DNA from: Litoribacter populi
GTDB lineage: Bacteria; Bacteroidota; Bacteroidia; Cytophagales; Cyclobacteriaceae
Assembly: GCF_007483685.1 (NCBI RefSeq)
Contig: NZ_VMKN01000003.1
Span: forward strand, 52,639-84,638
Reading direction: 5' to 3'
DNA: 32,000 nt
This document shows positions 1 to 7,387 of this stretch, piece after piece. The translations under genes and the position numbers were made by a program. The notes below the pieces were generated by a model. That model saw nothing but the letters and a program-made list of their open reading frames with translations. It was not told the DNA's origin and made no database searches. How positions within the stretch are numbered: position 1 is the first letter of the stretch; each line of letters opens with the position of its first letter.

Positions 1-646
1 GGCATTAGGCAGTGTTATTGACCAGGAAGCGTCGGAAAGAGAAAGACAATTCTTGCCCGATTACATGGAGGCAGCCTTTGCCCGAGCTGTAATCGTGGGA
101 GACGGCCCTACCCGACTTTTGGCCGAACCCGCCAGAGTTGTTCTTGATTACCCATTGGTAGACCAGGAAAATGAAGTGTTAAATCCTCACATGTTATTTT
201 GGTTATTGGCCATTGGGTTTATAGTTTTGACATTTATCGGCTATATAAGGAAGAGGCTATTTGTTGGTGCCGATATGGCCTTGTTTGGCATTCTTGGATT
301 GATCGGGTTAGTCATTACTTTCCTGTGGTTTTTCACAGAGCATACCACCACCGTTTACAACTGGAATATCCTTTGGGGCTTCCCGGTACATTTAGTCTTG
401 CTTTACGGCTTGCAAATGAGAAGACCAGCAAATTGGGTCAAGCAATATTTGTTTTTTGCCATGATGCTGGCCAACCTGACCTTGGTGTTTTGGATCCTTG
501 GATTCCAAGACTTCCACTCCAGCATCATCCCTATATTGTTGATCATTATATTGAGGAGCAATTATTTGTATTATCATTTGGAAAGGCTGAGGTTTATAAG
601 AGGAGAAAATAAATTAACCGCAGAGGCGCAGAGGGTGCGGAGGTGA
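1..646 (+). CDS. 3' part of a polytopic membrane protein gene, truncated by the window edge. The family is uncertain; a DUF4105/Lnb-like C-terminal TM region is only a guess.
   Basis: Frame 2 is open from position 2, with no stop upstream of the listed TTG at 53, so the ORF enters from outside the window. The translation has several hydrophobic helices (LFWLLAIGFIVLTFIGYI, ALFGILGLIGLVITFLWFF, LFFAMMLANLTLVFWILGF, IIPILLIIIL). The last ~11 codons (KLTAEAQRVRR) lie inside the repeat element at 614-643. Confidence 0.7.
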   Translation, partial: ALGSVIDQEASERERQFLPDYMEAAFARAVIVGDGPTRLLAEPARVVLDYPLVDQENEVLNPHMLFWLLAIGFIVLTFIGYIRKRLFVGADMALFGILGLIGLVITFLWFFTEHTTTVYNWNILWGFPVHLVLLYGLQMRRPANWVKQYLFFAMMLANLTLVFWILGFQDFHSSIIPILLIIILRSNYLYYHLERLRFIRGENKLTAEAQRVRR

Positions 647-690
647 AAAAATTAGATAACCCTCTGATTCCTCTGCGACTCCGCGGTTAA
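614..690 (+). repeat. REP-like imperfect palindrome made of tandem GC-rich 8-9-mers (CGCAGAGG-type); probable terminator hairpin for the upstream gene.
   Basis: The left arm TTAACCGCAGAGGCGCAGAGG (614-634) pairs with CCTCTGCGACTCCGCGGTTAA (670-690) at 19 of 21 positions. Further partial pairing joins 638-643 to 661-666. The gene's stop codon TGA (644-646) sits in the loop. A third copy of the arm lies at 6333-6350. Confidence 0.6.
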
Positions 691-774
691 CTTTTAACCA
701 CAGAACAAATTTGCCCGAAAAAGCATTCTTTATCTAGCTTGGGGTACTGAGCGTTTTTAATTTAGAAGCTGACT

Positions 775-2814
775 ATGAATTTCAAGATAATTTCTGACTA
801 CGAACCCACTGGAGACCAGCCGGTGGCAATAAAAAAACTTACGGACTCCGTCAATTCTGGCGAGCGCTCCCAGGTTTTACTGGGGGTGACCGGGTCGGGT
901 AAAACTTTTACCGTGGCCAACGTCATCCAAAATGTACAGAAACCCACCTTGGTACTCAGCCATAACAAAACTCTTGCTGCCCAGCTATATGGTGAATTCA
1001 AGCAGTTCTTTCCTGACAATGCGGTCGAATATTTCATTTCTTATTACGACTATTATCAGCCGGAGGCATTTATTCCCACCAGCGGCACCTATATTGAAAA
1101 AGACCTAAGCATCAACGAGGAGATAGAAAAACTTCGATTGAGCGCAACCTCTGCATTGCTATCTGGGCGAAGGGATGTGATCGTAGTGGCATCCGTTTCC
1201 TGCATTTATGGTATCGGAAACCCTGAAGAGTTTGGCAAAAACGTCATCCGCTTGCAAGTAGGCGACAGAATTCCCCGAAACCAGTTTTTGTACAAGCTGG
1301 TGGACATTCTTTACAGCCGGACCAGCGCGGAGTTTACCCATGGTACATTCAGGGTAAAAGGAGATACAGTTGACATATTTGTGGCTTACGCCGATTTTGC
1401 TTACAGGATTTATTTCTGGGGGGATGAGATTGAGTCCATTCAGCGCATAGACCCGCAGTCGGGTAAAAAAATCGCTGATGAAAATATCATCTCCATTTTC
1501 CCCGCCAACCTTTTTGTTACCGGTAGGGATGTGATTGATGTGGCAATTCATGAAATCCAGGACGACCTGGTAAGTCAGGTTGCTTTCTTTGAAAAGGATA
1601 TGAAATTGATGGAAGCCAAAAGGTTGAAAGAACGGACCGAGTTTGATCTAGAGATGATCCGGGAATTGGGTTACTGTTCGGGTGTGGAAAATTACTCCAG
1701 GTATTTTGACCGTAGGCTTCCCGGTACAAGACCATTCTGCCTGTTGGATTACTTCCCGGATGACTTCTTGATGGTCATAGATGAGAGTCACGTGACCGTG
1801 CCGCAGGTACGTGCCATGTGGGGTGGTGATAGGGCCAGAAAGGTCAATCTGGTAGATTACGGTTTCCGACTGCCATCAGCGATGGATAATAGGCCGCTGA
1901 AGTTTGATGAATTTGAGGCCTTGATCAATCAGGTCATTTTTGTGAGTGCCACCCCTGCCGATTATGAACTTGCCCAAACTGAGGGGGAGGTTGTGGAACA
2001 GATAATCAGACCGACAGGTCTGCTTGATCCGGTGATCGATGTGAGGCCAAGTGGCAATCAGATTGATGATTTGCTGGAGGAAATTGACCAGACAATCAAG
2101 GCCGGAGACCGGGTGCTGGTGACTACGCTTACCAAGCGGATGGCAGAGGAATTGAACAAGTTCTTGGAAAGAGCTGGGGTAAAAGCCCGTTATATCCACT
2201 CGGAGGTAAAACCCCTAGACAGGGTTGAAATTTTGCGGGAGCTTCGACTAGGTGTATTTGATGTTTTGGTGGGTGTCAACTTGCTTAGAGAAGGATTGGA
2301 TCTTCCGGAGGTTTCTTTAGTAGCCATTTTGGATGCCGACAAGGAAGGCTTTTTGAGAAACGAGAGGAGCTTGGTGCAGACAATCGGACGAGCTGCGCGA
2401 AACGAAAACGGTCGGGTGATCATGTATGCTGATAAAACTACCGCGTCCATGCAGGTGGCCATCGATGAGACCAACCGAAGAAGAGCAACCCAGATGGCCT
2501 ATAATGAGGAGCATGGTATTTCTCCAAAAACTGTCATCAAGTCCAGAGAAAAAATCATGGGTTCCACCAAAGTTGCTGATAGTAAGAAGGGGGCTAAGTT
2601 CTACGATGGGGAAATTAGTGTGGAACAATCCGTGGCTGCTGACCCGGTTGTTCAGTATTTGAGCAAGGATAAACTAGAAAAGTTGATCAACCAGACTCAG
2701 AAGCTGATGGAGAAAGCCGCCAAGGAATTAAACTTTATGGAGGCGGCAAGGTTAAGAGATGAGTGGCAGGGGCTTAAAAAGCGCCTAGAAGAGTTGAACC
2801 GTAACGTAATTTAG
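775..2814 (+). CDS. uvrB: Excinuclease ABC subunit B (UvrB)
   Basis: 679 aa. Walker A GVTGSGKT, helicase motifs ([13 protein letters not shown]) and a C-terminal UVR domain ([11 protein letters not shown]). Full-length colinear resemblance to UvrB. Confidence 0.97.
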   Translation: MNFKIISDYEPTGDQPVAIKKLTDSVNSGERSQVLLGVTGSGKTFTVANVIQNVQKPTLVLSHNKTLAAQLYGEFKQFFPDNAVEYFISYYDYYQPEAFIPTSGTYIEKDLSINEEIEKLRLSATSALLSGRRDVIVVASVSCIYGIGNPEEFGKNVIRLQVGDRIPRNQFLYKLVDILYSRTSAEFTHGTFRVKGDTVDIFVAYADFAYRIYFWGDEIESIQRIDPQSGKKIADENIISIFPANLFVTGRDVIDVAIHEIQDDLVSQVAFFEKDMKLMEAKRLKERTEFDLEMIRELGYCSGVENYSRYFDRRLPGTRPFCLLDYFPDDFLMVIDESHVTVPQVRAMWGGDRARKVNLVDYGFRLPSAMDNRPLKFDEFEALINQVIFVSATPADYELAQTEGEVVEQIIRPTGLLDPVIDVRPSGNQIDDLLEEIDQTIKAGDRVLVTTLTKRMAEELNKFLERAGVKARYIHSEVKPLDRVEILRELRLGVFDVLVGVNLLREGLDLPEVSLVAILDADKEGFLRNERSLVQTIGRAARNENGRVIMYADKTTASMQVAIDETNRRRATQMAYNEEHGISPKTVIKSREKIMGSTKVADSKKGAKFYDGEISVEQSVAADPVVQYLSKDKLEKLINQTQKLMEKAAKELNFMEAARLRDEWQGLKKRLEELNRNVI

Positions 2815-2860
2815 CATTTTATACTATTTATAGGTTATATTGTCAATATAATAGACTCAA

Positions 2861-3295
2861 ATGAAAAAGTACATACTACTCTCCTTTACATTCGTTTTTC
2901 TAATGTTCTCCGAGCTCCAAGCGCAGCAGGGCGAAGGATCCATTATGGTTGCAGGAGGTGGTGACATTTTCCGCACCGACCTCCCAGGGGTGTTTCAACG
3001 CTACCAGGCAGGGTTTGAAGGGCATTATTTTGTAAGATATTTCTTAAGTCTCTCAGCGGGTTATGAGATCAATTCAGATTTCTCTAACCAAGTTTCGTTA
3101 GGTTCTAGGGTATATTTCGGAGACCCCATTTTTGTGCGGATACGGGGACTCTTAGGCAGTCAAAGCGATTTGGCATTGGGAGCCGGCTACAGCCACAATC
3201 TTGGCTATAGGTTCCGACTTGAAGGAATTGTGGATTATTATGCGGTTACCCAAACAGCGGGAATAAGAGCTGGAATAAGTATCCTGCTAAACTAA
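2861..3295 (+). CDS. Small secreted, beta-strand-rich protein, possibly a small outer-membrane beta-barrel; hypothetical.
   Basis: 144 aa. N-terminal signal peptide (MKKYILLSFTFVFLMFSELQAQQ) and alternating hydrophobic/Gly-rich strands (LALGAGYSHNLGYRFRLEGIVDYY). Confidence 0.6.
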   Translation: MKKYILLSFTFVFLMFSELQAQQGEGSIMVAGGGDIFRTDLPGVFQRYQAGFEGHYFVRYFLSLSAGYEINSDFSNQVSLGSRVYFGDPIFVRIRGLLGSQSDLALGAGYSHNLGYRFRLEGIVDYYAVTQTAGIRAGISILLN

Positions 3296-3303
3296 TTTGA
3301 AAA

Positions 3304-3945
3304 ATGACCCTCCGGGAGGTGGCCAACCTTGCTAAGCAGGGTGAAGGCTTACATATTGAGTTCAAGAAAAAAGTAGCCCACCCTGATAAGATTATCAAGG
3401 AGGTTATCGCCTTGGCCAATACCGATGGAGGATACCTACTTATCGGCGTGGATGATGACGGAACCGTAAGCGGCCAGCGCTACGTGGATGAACATGTATT
3501 CCTTTTGGACAAAACCATTGCCGAGCATATTAAACCGAAACTAATTTACGAAAAGCACATCCTTCCTATCAATGCCAAAAAAGGCGTGGCGGTTTTTAGG
3601 TTTGATAAAAGCCCTTCCCGTCCTCATTACTTTCTAGAAGAAAAGAAGAGGCGATCATTTATTCGGGTAAAGGACAGGAGCGTGCAGGCCAGTAAGGAAG
3701 TGTGGGAAATCCTCAAAAAACAAAAGAGGGAGCAGGATGTATTTTTTCAGTATGGGGAAAAGGAGGATGTGTTAATGAAGGCTTTGAAAGAACAAGAGAC
3801 CATCACCCTTAAGCAATTTGCAAAATTAGCCATGCTGCCCCGATTTGCCGCCTCCCGTATATTAGTCCGAATGGTATTGGCAAATGTATTGGAAATCATC
3901 CCCCAGGAGGGAGAGGATTTGTATACTTTAAAGCTAAAGGATTGA
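3304..3945 (+). CDS. AlbA_2 (Schlafen-like 'divergent AAA') domain protein with a C-terminal winged-helix-like tail; putative nucleic-acid-binding protein.
   Basis: 213 aa. The N-terminal pattern GEGLHIEFKKK...IKEVIALANTDGGYLLIGVDDDGTVSG is the hallmark of the AlbA_2 domain. It sits 8 nt downstream of the previous ORF. Confidence 0.7.
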   Translation: MTLREVANLAKQGEGLHIEFKKKVAHPDKIIKEVIALANTDGGYLLIGVDDDGTVSGQRYVDEHVFLLDKTIAEHIKPKLIYEKHILPINAKKGVAVFRFDKSPSRPHYFLEEKKRRSFIRVKDRSVQASKEVWEILKKQKREQDVFFQYGEKEDVLMKALKEQETITLKQFAKLAMLPRFAASRILVRMVLANVLEIIPQEGEDLYTLKLKD

Positions 3946-3957
3946 AGAACAAGTTCT

Positions 3958-3993
3958 CGCAACGGCGCAACGAAAAACGCAACGGGCGCAACG
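3958..3993. repeat. Array of four CGCAACG heptamers in a convergent intergenic region.
   Basis: CGCAACG occurs at 3958, 3966, 3978 and 3987, with a degenerate GCGCAA at 4029. The 11-mer AAAAACGCAAC (3973-3983) recurs at 7276-7286. Confidence 0.55.
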
Positions 3994-4093
3994 TGGCCAT
4001 TTCCTAAAAAAAAATGGTCACTAAGGAGCGCAAAATTTTAATAAAGTCGCACTAAGTTTTTTTTAAGGAGTTAAGTTTTTTCTGCTACAATGC

Positions 4094-4591
4094 CTAAGAT
4101 TCTCTCAAAACATCTTGTACCAAATCCATTTCAAACCCTCTAGCTAAAAGATATTTCATCACTTTTTGGCGTTTAATAAAATCGTCCTTATCCTTCACGC
4201 TTTCCCATTTCTTTTCAAAAACCACTTTCAAAGTAATCCAGTAATCCTCCGGATCAATTTCCTTCATTCCTGCTTTTATACAATTCGGGCTGATGTTGCG
4301 GAGCTTGAGTTCCCGTAGAATTTTGTTTCTCCCCCACTTTTTGATTCTAAATTTCCCTCCCACGAATGCTTGGGCGAACCTTTCCTCATTGAGAAAGCCT
4401 TCCGTGATTAGAAAGCTGATCAACTCCTCCACATCATCGGAATGTAATCCATAGGTATATAATTTATCCCTCACTTCCTGTTGACACCGTTCCTGATAGG
4501 CACAAAATGCACCGATCTTCACCTTGGCCTGGGAAGGGGTCAGCTTTTTTTGAGCTTTAGATTCAGCATAATCTTTTCTTTGGAAAGACAT
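4094..4591 (-). CDS. recX: Regulatory protein RecX
   Basis: 165 aa. The typical RecX three-repeat helical pattern is present (AFCAYQERCQQEVRDKL..., DVEELISFLITEGFLNEERFAQAFVGGKFRIKKWGRNKILRELKLRNIS). Confidence 0.85.
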   Translation of the reverse strand: MSFQRKDYAESKAQKKLTPSQAKVKIGAFCAYQERCQQEVRDKLYTYGLHSDDVEELISFLITEGFLNEERFAQAFVGGKFRIKKWGRNKILRELKLRNISPNCIKAGMKEIDPEDYWITLKVVFEKKWESVKDKDDFIKRQKVMKYLLARGFEMDLVQDVLRES

Positions 4592-4648
4592 TTGCGTATT
4601 TTTAACCTTTTAAAAATCTAGAAAAATCAAACCGATAACCATACAAAC

Positions 4649-5410
4649 ATGAGAAAAAAAATAGTAGCAGGCAATTGGAAGATGAACTGTACCTACGATG
4701 AGGGACAGAAGTTGACATCAGAAATCGTCAATATGATCAAGGACGAACGTTCAAAGGATGTAACCGTAATTCTTAACCCTCCATATTTGCACCTTCCAAG
4801 TGTCAAGAAGCTAGTGGGGGAAGTGTCCAACCTTTTTGTTGGTGCCCAGGATTGCTCCGATCAAGAATCCGGTGCCTATACAGGACAGGTTTCTGCCAAG
4901 ATCTTGGAATCTTTCGGGGTGAAGTATGTCATCATCGGGCATAGTGAAAGGAGAGAATTTTGCAGTGAGAACAATGACGTGTTGGCCGACAAAGTTAAAC
5001 AGGCCTTGAAATATGGTTTGACTCCCATTTTCTGCTGCGGGGAGTCCCTGGAAGTCAGGGAAAGCGAAACACAAGAGCAGTATGTGACCCAACAATTGAG
5101 CGAAAGCCTTTTTGATCTTTCTAAGGAGGATATTTCCAAGTTGGTCATTGCTTACGAACCTATTTGGGCTATCGGAACAGGAAAAACCGCATCTTCAGAT
5201 CAGGCACAGGACATGCATGCAGCGATCAGAAAGCATCTAGCATCCAAATATGGCCAAGAGGTTGCTGATGGGATTTCTATCCTATATGGTGGCAGCTGCA
5301 AACCTGACAATGCGCAGGAAATTTTCTCTAAACCTGATGTGGACGGCGGTCTTATCGGAGGAGCTTCTCTAAAATCCCGTGATTTCATGGATATTATCAA
5401 ATCATTTTAA
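4649..5410 (+). CDS. tpiA: Triosephosphate isomerase
   Basis: 253 aa. Motifs GNWKMN, IIGHSERR and AYEPIWAIGTGKTAS. Confidence 0.97.
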   Translation: MRKKIVAGNWKMNCTYDEGQKLTSEIVNMIKDERSKDVTVILNPPYLHLPSVKKLVGEVSNLFVGAQDCSDQESGAYTGQVSAKILESFGVKYVIIGHSERREFCSENNDVLADKVKQALKYGLTPIFCCGESLEVRESETQEQYVTQQLSESLFDLSKEDISKLVIAYEPIWAIGTGKTASSDQAQDMHAAIRKHLASKYGQEVADGISILYGGSCKPDNAQEIFSKPDVDGGLIGGASLKSRDFMDIIKSF

Positions 5411-6240
5411 TGGAATATTTAGAGTTTAAGATATCCTGTAAGCAGGAGTTTACTGAAATCCTCATAGCGGAGCTTGCGGAAGTAGGTTTTGATTCCTTTA
5501 TGGAAAACGAGGAAGGGTTTGAGGCATATGCTGAGGACAATAATTTTGACCGGACCGGATTTGATGAGGTCATCGCAAGGTACACTGCAGTTGCGGAAAT
5601 CTCGGTGTTGGAAGGAAAAATGGAAAAGGTAAACTGGAATACGGAATGGGAGAAAAATTATGACCCCATCCAGGTAGGCAATCAGGTTTATGTCAGGGCA
5701 TCCTTCCACGCTTCCAAACCGGAGATCAAACATGAGATTGAGATCAATCCGAAGATGTCCTTCGGGACCGGCCACCATGCCACTACTTACTTGATGTTGA
5801 CCCATCAACTGAACCTTGACCATCAAGGTAAAAGCGTGATCGACATAGGATCGGGAACCGGTATTTTAGCCATTATGGCTCACAAACTTGGGGCTACTGA
5901 AGTTCAGGCATTTGATATTGATGACTGGTGCGTGGATAACGGGAATGAGAACTTTGACCTGAACGGCATGCAACATGTCCGAATGGGACTTGGGACTATC
6001 CGTGAAGTCAACCCTCAAGGGCAGTTTGACATCGTCCTAGCCAACATCAACAAGAATGTGCTTTTGGATGAAATGGAGGCTTATGAGAAACTAGTAATGT
6101 CATCAGGACATCTTCTGCTGAGCGGTTTCTACGACCACGACGTTGTGGACATTGAGCAGAAGGCAACCTCTTTAGGCTTTGTCAAAAAAGACCAGAAGGT
6201 GAAGGATAAGTGGACTGCTTTGGTTTTTGAGAAGGGTTGA
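5410..6240 (+). CDS. prmA: Ribosomal protein L11 methyltransferase
   Basis: 276 aa. PrmA-type pattern FGTGHHATT plus SAM motif DIGSGTGILAI. The start overlaps the tpiA stop (TAATG). Confidence 0.92.
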   Translation: MEYLEFKISCKQEFTEILIAELAEVGFDSFMENEEGFEAYAEDNNFDRTGFDEVIARYTAVAEISVLEGKMEKVNWNTEWEKNYDPIQVGNQVYVRASFHASKPEIKHEIEINPKMSFGTGHHATTYLMLTHQLNLDHQGKSVIDIGSGTGILAIMAHKLGATEVQAFDIDDWCVDNGNENFDLNGMQHVRMGLGTIREVNPQGQFDIVLANINKNVLLDEMEAYEKLVMSSGHLLLSGFYDHDVVDIEQKATSLGFVKKDQKVKDKWTALVFEKG

Positions 6241-6256
6241 ATAAGTACAGAAAAAT

Positions 6257-6325
6257 AAGTAAAAGGTAAGAAGTAAGAGGTAAGAAGTTCTGTTACCTCT
6301 TACTTTTTACTTCTTACCTCTTACT
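6257..6325. terminator. Long, internally repetitive hairpin between convergent prmA and the TauE-family gene; likely bidirectional terminator.
   Basis: AGTAAGAGGTAA (6272-6283) pairs perfectly with TTACCTCTTACT (6293-6304). Alternatively, AGTAAGAGGTAAGAAGT (6272-6288) pairs perfectly with ACTTCTTACCTCTTACT (6309-6325). The arms are built from GTAAGARG repeats. A T-run follows at 6349-6357. Confidence 0.65.
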
Positions 6326-6332
6326 CTGTGTT

Positions 6333-6350
6333 CTCTTTGCCTCTGCGGTT
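6333..6350 (-). repeat. Solo copy of the REP-like arm AACCGCAGAGGC(A/G)(A/C)AGAG.
   Basis: The reverse complement of 6333-6350 is AACCGCAGAGGCAAAGAG. It matches AACCGCAGAGGCGCAGAG (616-633) at 16 of 18 positions. Confidence 0.55.
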
Positions 6351-6364
6351 TTTTTTTATTTAAC

Positions 6365-7168
6365 TCAAAACAACATTTCCTTAGCTAAAATGTAAACCGC
6401 CATGATCAGGACGAAGTATCCGAAGCCTTTTTTAAGGTGCTTGGCGTCAATTCTGGAAGAGAGGTAACTACCTACGAATATTCCTATCAGGGAGAGGGCT
6501 GTAAAGCCACCTAGGAAGGCCCAGTCAATAGCCTGGGTGCTGAGGTCTCCCAAGAAACCGATAAGGGATTTGACCGCAATTATCAAAAGGGAAGTTCCCA
6601 CGGCCATTTTCATGGGCAAGTTTGCCAATAACACCAATGCAGGAATGATCAAAAATCCTCCACCGGCTCCTACCAATCCTGTAACCACTCCTACTATTGC
6701 GCCCTCAGCGGCAATCAGAGGAAGGTTAAATTTGATCTCTCCTTCCTTCCCTTCTAGTTTTTTCTTACCGTTCTTTATCATGGAGTAGGATGCTGCTAGC
6801 ATAATAAGGGCAAAAAATACCATGATGGCTATATCCTTGGTTAGCACCCAATCCCCTATCGAGAAGATTTTTATAGGAATGGCGGGCACCAAAAATTTCC
6901 GAGTTAGATAAACGGCCAAAAACGAAGGGGTAGCAAACACTGCTGCTGTTTTATAATTTACGAGTCCTTTTTTCATAAATGAAAATGATCCAGCCAAAGA
7001 AGTCGCCCCAACCACGAATAAGGAATAGGCTGTGGCCAATACCGGGCTGATGCTAAGCAGGTAAACCATAGCCGGGACGGTGAGTATAGACCCGCCTCCC
7101 CCTATAAGTCCCAAACTAATCCCTATGATCAATGCTGAAATATATCCCAGTATGGTAATGATATCCAT
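6365..7168 (-). CDS. TauE/SafE family sulfite-exporter-like permease
   Basis: 267 aa, about 8 TM helices. The Gly-rich signature is duplicated (GLIGGGGSILTVPAMVYL and GLVGAGGGFLIIPALVLL), as is typical of the TauE/SafE (DUF81) family. Confidence 0.85.
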   Translation of the reverse strand: MDIITILGYISALIIGISLGLIGGGGSILTVPAMVYLLSISPVLATAYSLFVVGATSLAGSFSFMKKGLVNYKTAAVFATPSFLAVYLTRKFLVPAIPIKIFSIGDWVLTKDIAIMVFFALIMLAASYSMIKNGKKKLEGKEGEIKFNLPLIAAEGAIVGVVTGLVGAGGGFLIIPALVLLANLPMKMAVGTSLLIIAVKSLIGFLGDLSTQAIDWAFLGGFTALSLIGIFVGSYLSSRIDAKHLKKGFGYFVLIMAVYILAKEMLF

Positions 7169-7195
7169 TATTCCAATTATTTTTTTTAGAGACTA

Positions 7196-7225
7196 CAAAA
7201 ATACAAGCAATAAATTCACTACAAA
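7196..7225 (-). promoter_or_regulatory. Putative Bacteroidota-type promoter for the TauE-family gene.
   Basis: The minus strand reads TTTG-N18-TATTTTTG, matching the -33 TTTG / -7 TAnnTTTG consensus. The -7 box ends 27 nt upstream of the ATG at 7168. Confidence 0.45.
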
Positions 7226-7340
7226 GTGATCATTGTTACAATAGAAACTTTTTCCACAACGTTGAATTTTACCTAAAAAACGCAACAGCGAATCGTTTCG
7301 AAACCTCTGGGTCGTAGCGTGAACCCTTTAAAACACAAAA

Positions 7341-7364
7341 AGCCGCAGAATTTCTTCTGCGGCT
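7341..7364 (-). terminator. Rho-independent terminator of glmS.
   Basis: A perfect 10-bp stem AGCCGCAGAA/TTCTGCGGCT with a 4-nt loop. On the minus strand a T-rich run follows (complement of 7331-7340). It lies 24 nt downstream of the glmS stop. Confidence 0.85.
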
Positions 7365-7387
7365 TTTTATATGGTTTTTCCTTTTAC

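Noticed and set aside
199-612. A 137-aa alternative-frame ORF overlapping the first membrane-protein gene.
   Set aside because: The frame-2 product has coherent TM helices and continues beyond the window edge. The frame-1 product is Trp/His/Arg-rich nonsense typical of an off-frame translation.
2836-2850. A 7+1+7 palindrome TATATTGTCAATATA between uvrB and the next gene.
   Set aside because: It is almost entirely A/T, has a one-base loop and no T-run, so it cannot form a stable terminator. It may be part of a promoter, but I cannot support a call.
5419-5826. A 135-aa minus-strand ORF inside prmA. Similar cases are 1159-1551 in uvrB, 21528-21929 in the 559-aa gene and 11965-12342 in panC.
   Set aside because: All are antisense to genes with strong family signatures and have no start context or motifs. 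They are shadow ORFs.
7295-7304. A 10-bp palindrome GTTTCGAAAC in the glmS/TauE intergenic region.
   Set aside because: It is short, isolated and compatible with chance. The nearby terminator (7341-7364) and promoter (7196-7225) already explain the region.
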